Positions 12,896 through 25,300 of a stretch of DNA of 64,000 nucleotides are shown in pieces. Position numbers and translations under genes: made by a program. The notes beneath the pieces were generated by a model, which made no database searches, was not told the origin of the DNA, and saw nothing but the letters and a program-made list of their open reading frames with translations. The stretch's first letter is position 1; each line of letters starts with the position of its first letter. The DNA is from Harriotta raleighana (Eukaryota), in assembly GCA_050575255.1 (NCBI GenBank), contig JBNZDD010013499.1:711088-775087 (forward strand), given 5' to 3'.

Positions 12896-13760
12896 CAAGA
12901 CAAACACTTTTCAAAAAGAAATTCTGGGTATCTTTAGAAGCTGGCTGATATTTCCCCCCAAACAGTACAGAGTTAAGGCCAGTTGCAGACCTCTCACTGC
13001 TGCCCCAGTTCTGTTCAGCTAAATTATCCTGCACCAGGGATCATCTTCATAATGTATAGCTCATGTTGACAAACGTTATCTAACCATTGGAGAACTGACC
13101 TGCAATATTGTATTGCTCTAGCAAAACAATAATGCATTCCAATCCATCCCGGCTTCCATTTGAATCCCAGCTTTGATTAATATCCCAATTCCCATCCTCC
13201 GTGAGTTGTTTGGACTGGAAGCAAACACTTCTCACATGTTGGGTATTTTACCACAAGCAAAATGCTGCCCCCTTCACTGTGAGTAACAGCACTGGCCTAA
13301 TCAGCAAAAATATACTCATTGTCAGTCAAATATAGAACAGCAATCATAAGTTGGATAATTATGTAGCCCGACTAGTTGAAGTAGAACTCCTGTGATGAGG
13401 AGAGTGAAGGTCCCAAAAAAAATTCACATGGTATACATGAAAGGGATCCAATAAGTCAGAATATTTTCAACCCAATTATGTGGCTTTCATAATTTCTACT
13501 GCAAAACACTGAACTAAAAAAAAAAAAACATAATACAGTATTGTCTTTTTGGCCAAGATAGTAGAAAAATTATTTTGCATGCAAATGTCACCCTGCCCTG
13601 AATGCATTTGTTGCTTGTATACCCATTGATAAAAGTAACCCAAGCAAAGGGTATGCTGCAATTAAAATAAAACATCTGTTCGCAAAGATTCACTTAATGA
13701 ATGTAGACTCTGTAGATTCTCCACATAATAGTGGAGAAGATGTCAGAATAAAGTACTCAC

Positions 13761-13885
13761 AGGAATGTCCTTTTTATCTTTCCTTGGAGGAACCCCAGGG
13801 GGATTACTACTTTTATTTTCATGCTGTTGCTGAGACTGGGTACTGTCTTTTTCCCCATTTACCTGTGCAGAATTCACTCCATTGC
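13761..13885 (-). CDS. MAP4K3: MAP4K3 exon (~ex21)
   Basis: ttcag|GC...CCT|gtgagt; 125 nt; (G)NGVNSAQVNGEKDSTQSQQQHENKSSNPPGVPPRKDKKDIP. Confidence 0.92.
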
Positions 13886-15976
13886 CTGAAAAGAACAGAT
13901 ATGTTTTCGGTAACTATGGTGTTAGTGTACTATAAATTTTATATATTATACCAAAAATCCATTTCCCAAAAGGCTGTAACCATTAACTCATGCAGAGAAC
14001 TGAATTTGCATTATAGAAACCAAAAATCCAAGATCATTTATAAATCTAATCATTTGTATTTTGTTGGCACTCTTTCCAATTTTCCCTTCTAATTTGTAGT
14101 AAGTCAAGTTACTCCACACCTTCTTCGATCTCACTCAAGTAATAGTTCTTCATGTTTACGTATAGGCAAATGATAAGACATTATCCGCAGGCACAAAGGT
14201 CACTACATTGCAATAAAAAGTTGGAACTCTCGTCTATTTACCCCTATCCATGCCGGGAATGTTGGAAGCCAAATTTATCAATACGATCAGTGATATTAAA
14301 CTTTGGATCTTCCTTATGGCTTGGTTTTCAGAAACCCCCAAGAAACCGGAGACTGCCAAAACTGTACTTAGCAATGTACAGAGGATATCACAAAGCTAAT
14401 GGAATAAAATATTCGCAGAATATCTGTTTTACCTTTCCTTGGAGGAATTCATGTACAAATGCAGTATGCCAGAATTATTTTTTCTATAACAAGGGCATGC
14501 TGAATAAACTAGGAGAAGTAGAAATGTTGTGGTATACAGAATAAATGGATTAAAGAAGCAATCGGAGAAAAGGAGTCAAATAGGAATGAGAACGTTGGGG
14601 CTCCTAGCCTTTTCCTGTGGTAAATATCCTATGAATTAATTCTCTAATAGAATTCATTTATTCTCAGGTTTGAATGAACCTCCAAGGGTACAAACCAACA
14701 TTTCAGTTATTTCAGATCTCCATGACACTCTGAACATCTAGTTTAAACAATGCAAACTTCAGTACAATTTTTGGTAAAAATATCGAAAATAGTTGTCACA
14801 GCACACAGCAACAAAACAATATCGGGAGCAAAGTGCTCTCAGCAGCTTCTGCACAGTTTTCATTAGCAAAAGCAGAGCAAAGCAAAATGGCTGGACGCAG
14901 AAGTTGCAATACCATGTTCCCAACATCAATTTCTTCAATTAAGAAAAAAAGCCCAAACTGCTGTCTGAGAAAGATTTTGACAAATATTAAGAGAATTGCT
15001 ATATATTAAAAACCACAGTACACTGTTGTCAGTCTAAATTAATTTAGAGGGCTGGGGGAACTAAAAACTATCACTTTACACATACTGTACTTCTGTTCCA
15101 ACATGTTGAAGGAAAATAGGTCAGTTTTGTTTGATTGATTTATGTTTTAAAGCTTACATGACTCACACACACTCACAAGCTCGCCAGGGCAATCTACACA
15201 ACTCAACAGTTTGTTCGTTTTTAGAAACTACACTAAAAAGGCAGCCGCTATATAAAACATATAATCAAACGTGTGAGGGAGGAGGGGAAGCTGTATTGAC
15301 ATTAATGATGGGGTAATTGGTTCCATCGCAACATAAATCAGATATTTTTTTAAATGGCAAATTAATGGCAGTCCTGCTCGGATTTTAAACATCAAGTGCG
15401 TTTCACAAACAACAAATGTAGGTGCTTACTAAATGCAGGCTGGCTACGTTACGAGTTTTTATATGTTGATTACAACACACTTATATGTTGGACAAACTAC
15501 AACATTAAAAAAAAAACTATCCCCAGACTGACGAGACCTATCTTTGACTAAAAATCAGGATAAAACCAATTATTCCATTAACAGTGAAATTATTAAATCC
15601 ATAGTATGGTGCTCAACATACTATCATAATTGAATACAGAAACACGATGTGGGAAGGTGTACATTGGTGTTACCAATAATTGTGAGTTGTATATGACTCT
15701 GGCAAATAAAATAAAAAGGATCCTGATATGATAGGGAGGAAGACGCAAGCCAAGGTTCAAATAAAATATTTCAGCTGCATCTGGGTTGGTTGTACAAGGG
15801 TTACAAAAGCACAGAGATGTTCTTGGGGAAATGAAAAGCTGCTTTGACTCTCCCCGCTTTGACTAGAAATGCCTTACTCTCATTTGCCCTGTCACGCGAG
15901 TCTTCCAGCCACTTCTTGAACTGTTTAAAGGTTTCGGCACACTCTTCAGTGTCACTGGAGCTCTCACTGTCATTAC

Positions 15977-16148
15977 CTACAGCACTGCTCTTGATGTAAC
16001 TGCTGTTAGGGGGTAACCGGGGAGGGGGAGGTCTTGGTGGAACTTGCGAGATGGGTCGTCCAGAGTTGTCAGATGGACATCTCTTGATCGTTCCTTGATT
16101 TTCGTCTTCAGGGTAATTGCTTTCTTGTGGTATGTAGATTGACTTTGG
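15977..16148 (-). CDS. MAP4K3: MAP4K3 exon (~ex20), second proline-rich motif; possible extension to 15878
   Basis: ttcag|CCA...GTAG|gtaatg; 172 nt, phase 1; PKSIYIPQESNYPEDENQGTIKRCPSDNSGRPISQVPPRPPPPRLPPNSSYIKSSAV; inside ORF 15801..16235. Confidence 0.9.
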
Positions 16149-16689
16149 CTGAAAATTAAAAAGAAAAACAGGATGAAAATGATAAAAATGCCTCAGGAGT
16201 ATGTGATATTTTTCAGATTGATCCCAGGATTGCAAAAGTAAATGAACCAGAATACAATTATATCCTTCTTACATACATTTACTGGGTTTGTTCTCTTGGC
16301 TGATGCCAGGCAGAGGTGGGCAATATTAGATAAACAAAAAATATTAGATAATAGAAAAAAAGTCTATTATTGTAATATTCCAAGATGCTACTGTAATAAT
16401 AATCCTTTCATTTGATGTAGCGCTTTTCACGTCTTCTAGACGTCAGTAACTGGTGAACATTGTGCATCAATACCAAAGGATTTTCCAGTAAATGATCTGC
16501 AACTTCAATGCAATCAAAGTACTGTACTTCCATTTGCTTCAGTACTATGAACCGTTGCCAAATCATGAGCTTATGACTGACTCGCGATGGAATGAAAAAT
16601 ATGCCTTAAAAAAGCAACATGCACTGGAGAGGCTTGAGCTCGAAAACAAGACGAGCTTCCAAACATCAAAGAAAAACATTCAATCGAGA

Positions 16690-16990
16690 GGAGGCCATTT
16701 GGTCCATTGGAGGCCCTTCCACAACTTTCCAAGATAATGAATGGCTGATCCACAACTCAATTCCACCTCCCGGCCCTCTTTCCAAATTCCTTTGATACCT
16801 CTCTCTGTTGATTTATCTATTTGCCTTTTAAAATCTTCAATTGACTGCCTCCCTTGCCCTCTGGGGGTTGTGAATTCCACACTACCACCACTCGATGTGT
16901 TAAAAAAAAAAGCTTCTTTATTTCACATCTATGTTTAAAATTCGAGCCTCTCGTCTTCAATTCTCTTGCTGGAGGAAACAGTTGTTTACT
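16690..16990 (-). mobile_element. CR1 LINE 3' fragment
   Basis: Minus-strand translation resembles the CR1 ORF2 C-terminus: KTRGSNFK...FFLTHRVVVVWNSQP. Confidence 0.75.
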
Positions 16991-17174
16991 TTTCAAGCTA
17001 ATCAAATCGCAATATTTAGATATCGCAATATTCCTCAATCGAATCACACCCTCAACAACAACAAAATTACATTTGTACCGGGCCTTTCACATCGGGGATC
17101 ATCCCGAGGCCCTCCTCCTGAACTTGAGAATTCAATCAAAATTTTTCCATCCATTCATCACAATCTGGGTAAAT

Positions 17175-17311
17175 AAAACACAAAATACTGCAAATGGTGG
17201 AAATCTGAAACAAAAACAGAAATCGCTGGGAATACTCAGCAGGTCAGGCAGCATCTACGGAGAAAGGAAAGTGAGTCAACATTTTGCGTCCACAAACCTT
17301 CTTCAAAACTG
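17175..17311 (-). mobile_element. Short chondrichthyan-type (Penelope-derived-like) repeat with decayed hammerhead motif
   Basis: tactcagcaggtcaggcagcatct core; inverted homologue at 43521-43660. Confidence 0.65.
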
Positions 17312-18489
17312 CCGTCATAATTTAGGCCCTTTGACGCCACAAATCATCCGTTAAACCTCCCATAACCACTAATTTAGTGATCTCTTGGAAAACAAAACAC
17401 TTTACAGATCCATGCTGACTTTTCTTAACCAGTTGTTTTCAATTCAGTATATTGCAGTGAATGCGATTCATTTGATATTTCTATTTGTTTACCGATTGTT
17501 TTATTTCTATTGCTCATGTAGAAACATCTGTACACTCTTTTCAAATTCATACACCTGACATTGTCCAAAAGTGTAATAAAACTGGTTGAGAATCCACAAC
17601 CCTTTGATCTGATCTGAGAAGACATTTCAAGCATCCAGAGGATATGTTTTTCTTGAAATATTACCAAATAAGGCATCCTATTTTTCATGTTCAGTACAGA
17701 TCATTTGTCTGGATATTGTACAAAAGAAAATAGAAAAATAGAAAAAAAAAGTATATACCATATATTCAGCAACGTGATTCCTTACCACTAATTGTCTTCC
17801 CTAATAGCAGCCAAGAATGTTTATTGCAAAGTTCAACATGTAGTTCTTGTCCACTTAAAGCAACACAATGTAATTTAAATCTTTTGATCTTAAACATATT
17901 TTAAATAATTTTATCTTAGAAATTAAGTTTACAAAATATCCCAGTAGGTGGCAGCAGAACTAACTTGTTTAGTTGAAAATACACACAGAAAAGCAAAACA
18001 CGAGGGGACGGAAACAAAGACAAGCTGCTAGGTATTTTTTTTTACATTGTACAGTACTAACTGCTTGGACGCTGCTTAGATTTCCAATAAGTGTGGGCAA
18101 TATTCAATACAACTATGCAGAGAATTCCCATGTGTAAGTCATTATTAGCTGGAGTACTTAGCAGTACTGTTATTCCATTATTATTTGCTCTTTCCCCAAC
18201 TCTACATATTCAGCTTTTGCAATTTGAACACCCCAAAATTAAAACACTTTCTCTGCAACCTGGATTTTAACCCGTTGCACCTCTAGCAAACTGCACTTTC
18301 ACTAAAGTGGTTTGCCTACAAATCATCACTACACCTTACAGTAAATCCCACCAGTTCCGATGACGTAATTATGGTAAATTAAATGCAAGGATTTGTATTA
18401 TAGTTATTAATCACTCAAATAAGTTTATAAAATAGTGTTCAAACAAACCATGAGGAAAAACGTGTTTGCGATGTTATTTTTTTTCATCG

Positions 18490-18762
18490 TTTCCCTCCTG
18501 CACATGCCTCTGGCTGCACTTTTAGCTACGACACCCCAAAACTCTGGAACACTCTTCCTCCATCCCCTCTCCTTACCCTAATTCGAATACCCTGCCTATG
18601 GTCACCTCCCACCTCCCCTCAGTGTTGAGCTCCACCATTGTCAAGTACTCTGCGATGCTGCCAACACAACAAAATTGCATTTGTATAGTGTCTTTCACAT
18701 TGGGAGGGCGTCCCAAGCGGTTGTAGAAAGGGGGCAATATAAATGCAAGTTGTTGTTGTTGT
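18490..18762 (+). mobile_element. L2 3' end with an antisense L2 tail inserted at ~18661-18720
   Basis: Ends tataaatgcaagttgttgttgttg; internal opposite-strand caacaaaattgcatttgtatag...gggcgtcccaagc. Confidence 0.65.
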
Positions 18763-19377
18763 AGGCTTTAGCTATGAATTTAATCTGAGGTTAAACCTAG
18801 AGTAAAGACCTCTTGCATTCTGCCACTAAATCAAATTGGTAGAAAATAAGCATCCTAGTTTATATCTACAGTTTATACTAAAACACCAATAATCACTAGC
18901 AGTTTTTACGACAGGTCTCGGAAGTAAATGACTGCTCACTTTAGTACATGACTGCTCCAAATCAAGATCAAGTACATTAGGGTTAGGGTTTACTTTATTA
19001 AAATTAAACTGAAGACTTATTGTATCCAGCCATTTTTGTCTGCTCATTAATTCAGAAAACACTGTTGACATTTATTGTTCGTCTTTGCAGCAATTATAAT
19101 TTTTAACAAATTGTCTTCCGAGAGGTTATATAATTCAAATTATTCTCCTTTCATGCACTTCGGAATTGAGCATTTCTGCTGCACACGATTACATAACTTA
19201 TTACAAGGCACTAATTAGGAACACTCTGTACTGGAATCCGCAAGCTCTCACCGAACACTACATGAAATTGTTTCGGACATATTGCTTTCGGCTACCCAAT
19301 CCCTGTAGAGTACAAGCGTTTATTATTTTGCTACTGCATTATAATAGCTGTCTCAGTAGTATCCGAAGCCTTTATTT

Positions 19378-19667
19378 GTGGAATCCTGTAGCTCAGTGGT
19401 TGGAGCACTTGCCTTGCATGAACAGTGAATAGGAACTGTGGTTGCTAGTTAATTGGCAGATCGCTTAGCCAAGGTGGTTATGCCTTTTTAGAAAAAAATT
19501 ATAACTGAATCGACGACTGTTTGTGGGAAACAGCTATGCTCAGTTGGCTGCTGCGTTTTGTCCAAAAAACTTGCAGCCGATTCACTTTACAGTACGTTCT
19601 GCGAACCGCTTTTGAGACAGCTCGGAGATGTGATAAGGAGCGATATCAAATGGAAGGATTATTATTA
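19378..19667 (+). mobile_element. SINE family A copy with tRNA-derived head
   Basis: gtggaatcctgtagctcagtggttggagcac head; aggattattatta tail. Confidence 0.75.
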
Positions 19668-19983
19668 CATCAAACATTTCCCGCTTGAAAAAATGTGGAC
19701 GGTACTGTCAGAACAAGAACAGACTGTGGGTTCATGTTCAGGGGCACGCTTGAACTCACAACCATGAAACTCACAGGTGAGAATACAACCACCCGATCCA
19801 ATCTGATGGCACAGGTTTGGAGGAATAAAAACAACAAATTATTTGCACCTGTACATTAAGTGCCACGCACACAACAAATAGTGAAATGGTGAACTGACAA
19901 TGCAAATGGCTGCAGAACCAAGACAGGTAGTCTGTATTTTATGGAGGTTTATACAGTACTTGGGAGGATAAATAGGCACATAC

Positions 19984-20026
19984 CTTGGGAGGAAGAGGCG
20001 GTGGAATTCTGGGTTTTAACGTGGAG
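19984..20026 (-). CDS. MAP4K3: MAP4K3 exon (~ex19), first proline-rich motif
   Basis: tttag|C...AAG|gtatgt; 43 nt; STLKPRIPPPLPPK. Confidence 0.95.
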
Positions 20027-22009
20027 CTAAAAATTCAAATAAAAACCATTAGTGACACCCTCTCGATAAATCTAAATAGAATACTTATTTACACACGCAA
20101 AATGACCATAATAATATTGGCAGTAAGCATATGATTCTACACTCTACTCTCAAAAGAATGATATCTGTTCCAAAGAGAAAACAACAACATGATGGATCCT
20201 TTCTTAATTAAATTCCAACTTATCCTGCCCTGAATGCAGCCATTACCTCACCCTCCTTTGACCAAGTATAGGCTAAATTCACAAACTGCTCAGTCTAAAA
20301 TGCCTACTCATTCTTTCTAATATAGGCAGAAATAATTTGATCATAGTTCTGAAAAGTTGTTACGTGTCCATTTTGGATATAAACACTCCAATCATACTAG
20401 ATACTGAAAATCCATTATAGAAAATGCTTCCTTTTCACTAACCAGTGAAACCAATCATGCAGTGTGAGTTATGAATTGATGGTTTGTGAGTACCATTTAC
20501 TTCAATTTCTGATAACTTTAGCAATTTGTCATAGCTTTTAAGTGCTGCTAAGCTTTCGATGCATAACCCTCATATTTTATTTCACAAGTCAAATCAATCG
20601 AGGGGAATTTTTGTGTGACGAGGTGTCTAGGGAACTAAATTCCTCTTTGCAACATGTCCAAATGCAAACATCCAAGGCTGGGTTACAGTATAAAATGATG
20701 CCCTCCAGCGAATCCTGTGCTCCAGTCACGGGCTTCTCCAGATGAGGACTATGAATAGTTGCTAAATCTAAAACATCATCAACTAAGAACTAGATTTGAA
20801 CAGTTACAGATCATCTGGAACGTACAATGATCACGGGGGAGAATACCTGCATTAACAACCGTCTAAGTTTAAATCAAACTTGAACCCACAGTCAAACCTA
20901 AATAGCTTATAGATATTCCAGACAGAAATCCAATCACCACACTTAAGGAGTATCCAAACCCAGCTGAGAATTCCATGCATCCCATTGAGTAAATGTAAAG
21001 CATAGAGGAAGGCATTCGACCCACTGCATCAAAATTTGAACACAGATCTTTAACCTATTTTCCAATTGCGAGTCCTCTATATGAATGTAAAAGCACAGCA
21101 GATGGATGTATTAAACGGAGAAATCATATGAAAAATTAAGGAAGTAGCTGATTGTACCTCCTATGCCCTCAATCACATTTTTAGCAAAGAAACTAAGCTA
21201 ATCTTACTCTAATCCTTGCATTAAAATTTAGGAATCTTATACTGAGTGAATTACACCTGAAGCAGGAGAGTTAATTCCAGCCTAAGTTTTGTACATTTTG
21301 CTATTTTGAAGCAAATTATTCAAGGCCTCAAAATTACTCAAATTAAACAAAAATATACAGAAGGCTGGCATTTCAGCTTCTCAATGAGGAGGAAGGCCAT
21401 TTTGTGTTTGACGGAGCAAAACCTCGGCAAACATTTTGTACCAGTATCCAATTACTGTTTAGTTAGAGGTTGCATTGTCCAGCTGGTACTGGACAAGATC
21501 CAAACGGGTTGCCATAACAAATGCTGTATGAGCTTTCTCTTTCAAACTCTTCCAAAATAACAATTTTGGCAAACTGGAGCGTTCATGCAATGCACGGAAA
21601 TCCAGACGCCTGAAGAATTTTTTGGAAAATCAACTTGGGATTGATTAAATGAAAAATATCTGCCTAAATCAGCTTTCAAGAGGGTACAGAAGTTACAATG
21701 ATCACTATGATACAATACAGCAACAAAAGGAACAAGCCCACACAGCCTGACAAGAATTTTCTGGGTGGTTTGCTTTCGTGGCAATACAGTAAGTGAGTAA
21801 GACACTGCTACAGAAAATAAAAGGTAGCCCGGCATAATGGATATGAACCATAAAAGATCCCTTTGGTTTAGCTTCATTGAGTGTACAATGTCGCAAACAC
21901 GATTTTAGGATGCCATGCAGAATTTAATGGGAATGATTCTGAAAGAATCTCTTTTGTGAAATGGAAATAAAACCAAGTGCAGGCTAAACTAAAACAAGAA
22001 AAGACTTAC

Positions 22010-22063
22010 TGTTCAGATTCATCATCATCACCATCATCATCATCTAAATGTGCCACGTGTCCC
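22010..22063 (-). CDS. MAP4K3: MAP4K3 exon (~ex18), acidic stretch
   Basis: cttag|G...GAACA|gtaagt; 54 nt; GHVAHLDDDDGDDDESE(H). Confidence 0.94.
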
Positions 22064-22345
22064 CTAAGGAGATGAACAAGGTACTATGGCTCAGTGGATT
22101 TCAGAGGAATCATTTCAGCTAGGCTAAAAGAATTCTGGCATGCACTACCTTAAGGGCTTGTTCTATATGGAGTTCATCATTGTATTCTATGCTTTATTCT
22201 TCGAAAGGTAGCTCTAGTCTATCCAAATTAGACTTGCAGAAAATCAATTTGACAAGCACTGGGGCAAACAGACATCTTTAGATTGCAATATATAACAAAA
22301 GCATCAAAAGGTGATTTGATTTTAAAAGAAAAAACAAGAATTTAC

Positions 22346-22384
22346 CGCTGATGCAGTTCTTCTTCTACTGATTTTAGAAGGCTC
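22346..22384 (-). CDS. MAP4K3: MAP4K3 exon (~ex17)
   Basis: taaag|G...CAGCG|gtaaat; 39 nt; SLLKSVEEELHQ(R). Confidence 0.94.
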
Positions 22385-25300
22385 CTTTAAATTTAAGAAC
22401 AGGAAAGAATTGTTTATTTTACCTACAAACAGTAAACAGTATAGAAAATATACACTTTTGAATACTTAACAGAAGTATTTGTTTTTGAATGCTCTGAATA
22501 CAAGCTTAACAGAAGAGAAAACAAAATAATGATTATGGCTTCCATTATAACATTCTACTCAGTTGGACTTAATTTAATATTGTTTGGAAACCATCTAAAA
22601 TCCATTAAATACATGAGACTTAGTAAAACTTGGAATAATTAAAATTTAAAATACTGTATCTTCTTGAGAAAAAATAGTTAAAACCATATCTATTATTAGA
22701 TAATGGATTCAGCAACAAATGGTTGGCTAGTTCAATAAAATAAAATTGTTTACAGCCTTTTACTTAAGGTGCAATCCTATTCAGATCAATTTACAGGAGA
22801 AAGCAATGACTTAACTACATTTTTCATGACCTGATTTACTTAAGCAACGTCTAGAACAAAAAATTATTAATACATCAACTATTTTCTGCCACTTAATATC
22901 TCTGTTTAAGTCAGGAAATCTACAGTAGAGCAATTTGAAAATGTGCTGAAGGCATCTTATGAGCAACTCGGGTGTATTTTAATTCAGCTGTGATCAATCA
23001 GAGCATTGGGTGAACAAAGTGTTGACAATTTGATTTGCATCACTGTACTGTATGTCATCATATTTATACAATGGCTTCAGTTTAGGGAATAAGATAAATT
23101 AAAATGGGATTTTCGTGCACTAGCCCATCTGTTTGTTTTCAACTCACATTCTTTCATACTGAGAATTGTTAAAATTCAAATATTAGAGGTGACTCTATTG
23201 CTGTAACATTAATCCCATACATTTGAAATAAAACAAATTCATCCCCCCACCCACAATGATCTCTAACCTACTTTTAGGTCATTGCCTTTAACTTGTATGA
23301 TTTTCAATTTTTAAACATTTTCTGTATCTCATTTCGCCTTTTGAAAAACTATACTCTGTAAACGCTTTGCTTATCTGCTTTTATATTCCTCCTCTTTTCA
23401 GCTCCTTCTCTTTGTTGGAAGTAGGTGCAAATTGTTTTAATTAGTCAAAAAGCAACTGTGGATGAACTTTCAGCCAAAAGAACGACAGAAGAGCCAACAA
23501 TGTGTGTGCATGGTATGGCCGGGACAATATGACACATCAAGGTTAATCTCTTATGTTTTTGACAGCCAAGAAAAAAGGGTATTGGGAGACTCAACTAAAG
23601 CATGTCCAGATGACTAAATTAGTACATAGAAATACTACGAGATGAGAGCTAAGGGCACAGACTAGTTTAAAAATGTTGATCTTAATTGAATGTTTTTGTA
23701 GCAAAGCATTTTTACTCATAAGATTCTATGTGGTTCATTGTTTATTGAATGAAGGAAATGTCCAAAGATCATGGAATTGAAAGATTAACTTCTTGTCACA
23801 GGACATCAAAAACAATTGATATTCATCTTTTGCTCGTTGCTTTTGACTGCCAATTAGTGGAATCGTGGCTTTGCTCTGAAATGCCATCAGAGCTGCCACT
23901 CATCAACAGTCAAACACAGTCATACACAGAAAACATAATATGTGACCCAGCTTCACATTGAAATTAACAAATATACAAGCCTCAGTGTTTGTGGGCTGGG
24001 GGGAAGAGAGAGAGAGAAAGAGGGAGAAAGAATTCCCCAGAACATCCGCATAATTCATATTTGATACATTAGGAATCTCGAGATATAGACCACAAATTAG
24101 ATGTCGGAAATACTACTGGGAGCTTCAAAGGTGACATTTCTAAATTAGTCAAGGACAGATCAACATACAACAATTTATTTGCGGTTATATAGGTTTACCA
24201 TCAGAATTCCATTAAACTAGTTCTGCCAAGTACAGTTCGATTTATCTGACAAGCAAGGTTATTGTGTCAACATTGCCCGTCTATATCAGATATAATGGGG
24301 CCAACCCAGTAGAGGGAGGCTTCAGCTGTGATTTCATCGGGCCAGACTGTCTGATCTCAATTTTAAACTTTTGTTTTCATAACTCCCAACTGGATATACA
24401 GAAACCTGCAATAGCGCAGATTTAATATAAATGGAACAAATGAGCTTTAGTGTATTGAAGTCCTACAATTACTAAAAGAAAACAAACGACAGTCAATGTT
24501 AACCCTTGGGAGTATTGTGATAAACTCAATCACACGGGTTCTTTTCTACTGAATATTCACCCTTCGTCTGTTTTAAGATTTTTTTTTGTAGTCAGCCAGG
24601 TGTTCGACACATGCGGAAACCAATCAACATGCTTAAGAGTATTCAAACACATTGAGATTTCCATGCATCCCACCAACACATGGAAATACCAGAAATAGAC
24701 TGCTGTAATGGAATGCAAACTCTCTCCCTGGAAGGACACATCCTGATTACCTAATTTCAAAACGTATTAAGTCGCAGATTGGCAAGAGCCATGACTTGGG
24801 GACCCCAGAGTGAGTTGGGATACTGCTGGAGACTAACCAGCTAAACCGTTTAGCTTGTCATTGATGTTGCTGTGATTTCATAGGGCAAGCTTCCCCGTTG
24901 CATGTCCAGCTAGGACTACACTTTCCCTTGGGGTTAACAGGAGCTAAATGGGATGACTCCCTGCCCCCAGTGACTAGTCTGCCCTCCCAGGTCCTGTCGA
25001 GGAGCCAGGCTGGCTGTACTGTCCTCAAGAATACTACAGACCCACATTGATCGAGAATCGGCCTACCAAGGCTGCCATAGAGGGCTGGCTCAATTTCGAT
25101 ATTCTATTGCCAGGTATTTCAGCTCCAAGGAGACCCCGCTTCGAGATAGAGATAGAAAATGTCATACAAACTGACAAAAAATTGGACTCAAGACAGAAAA
25201 AGATAAGAGAGAAACTCAGGGAATGTGTAAAGAGAGAAGGACTGGAATAACGAAGGAACTATAATGGTAATACTGCTCCTGTTGAAACAATTATTTAGTC

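Noticed and set aside
17786-17853. Candidate 68-nt cryptic exon (taag|...GTG|gtaagg) in intron 19
   Set aside because: Frameshifting with an early stop and no homology; such chance splice-site pairs are common, and there is no supporting evidence.
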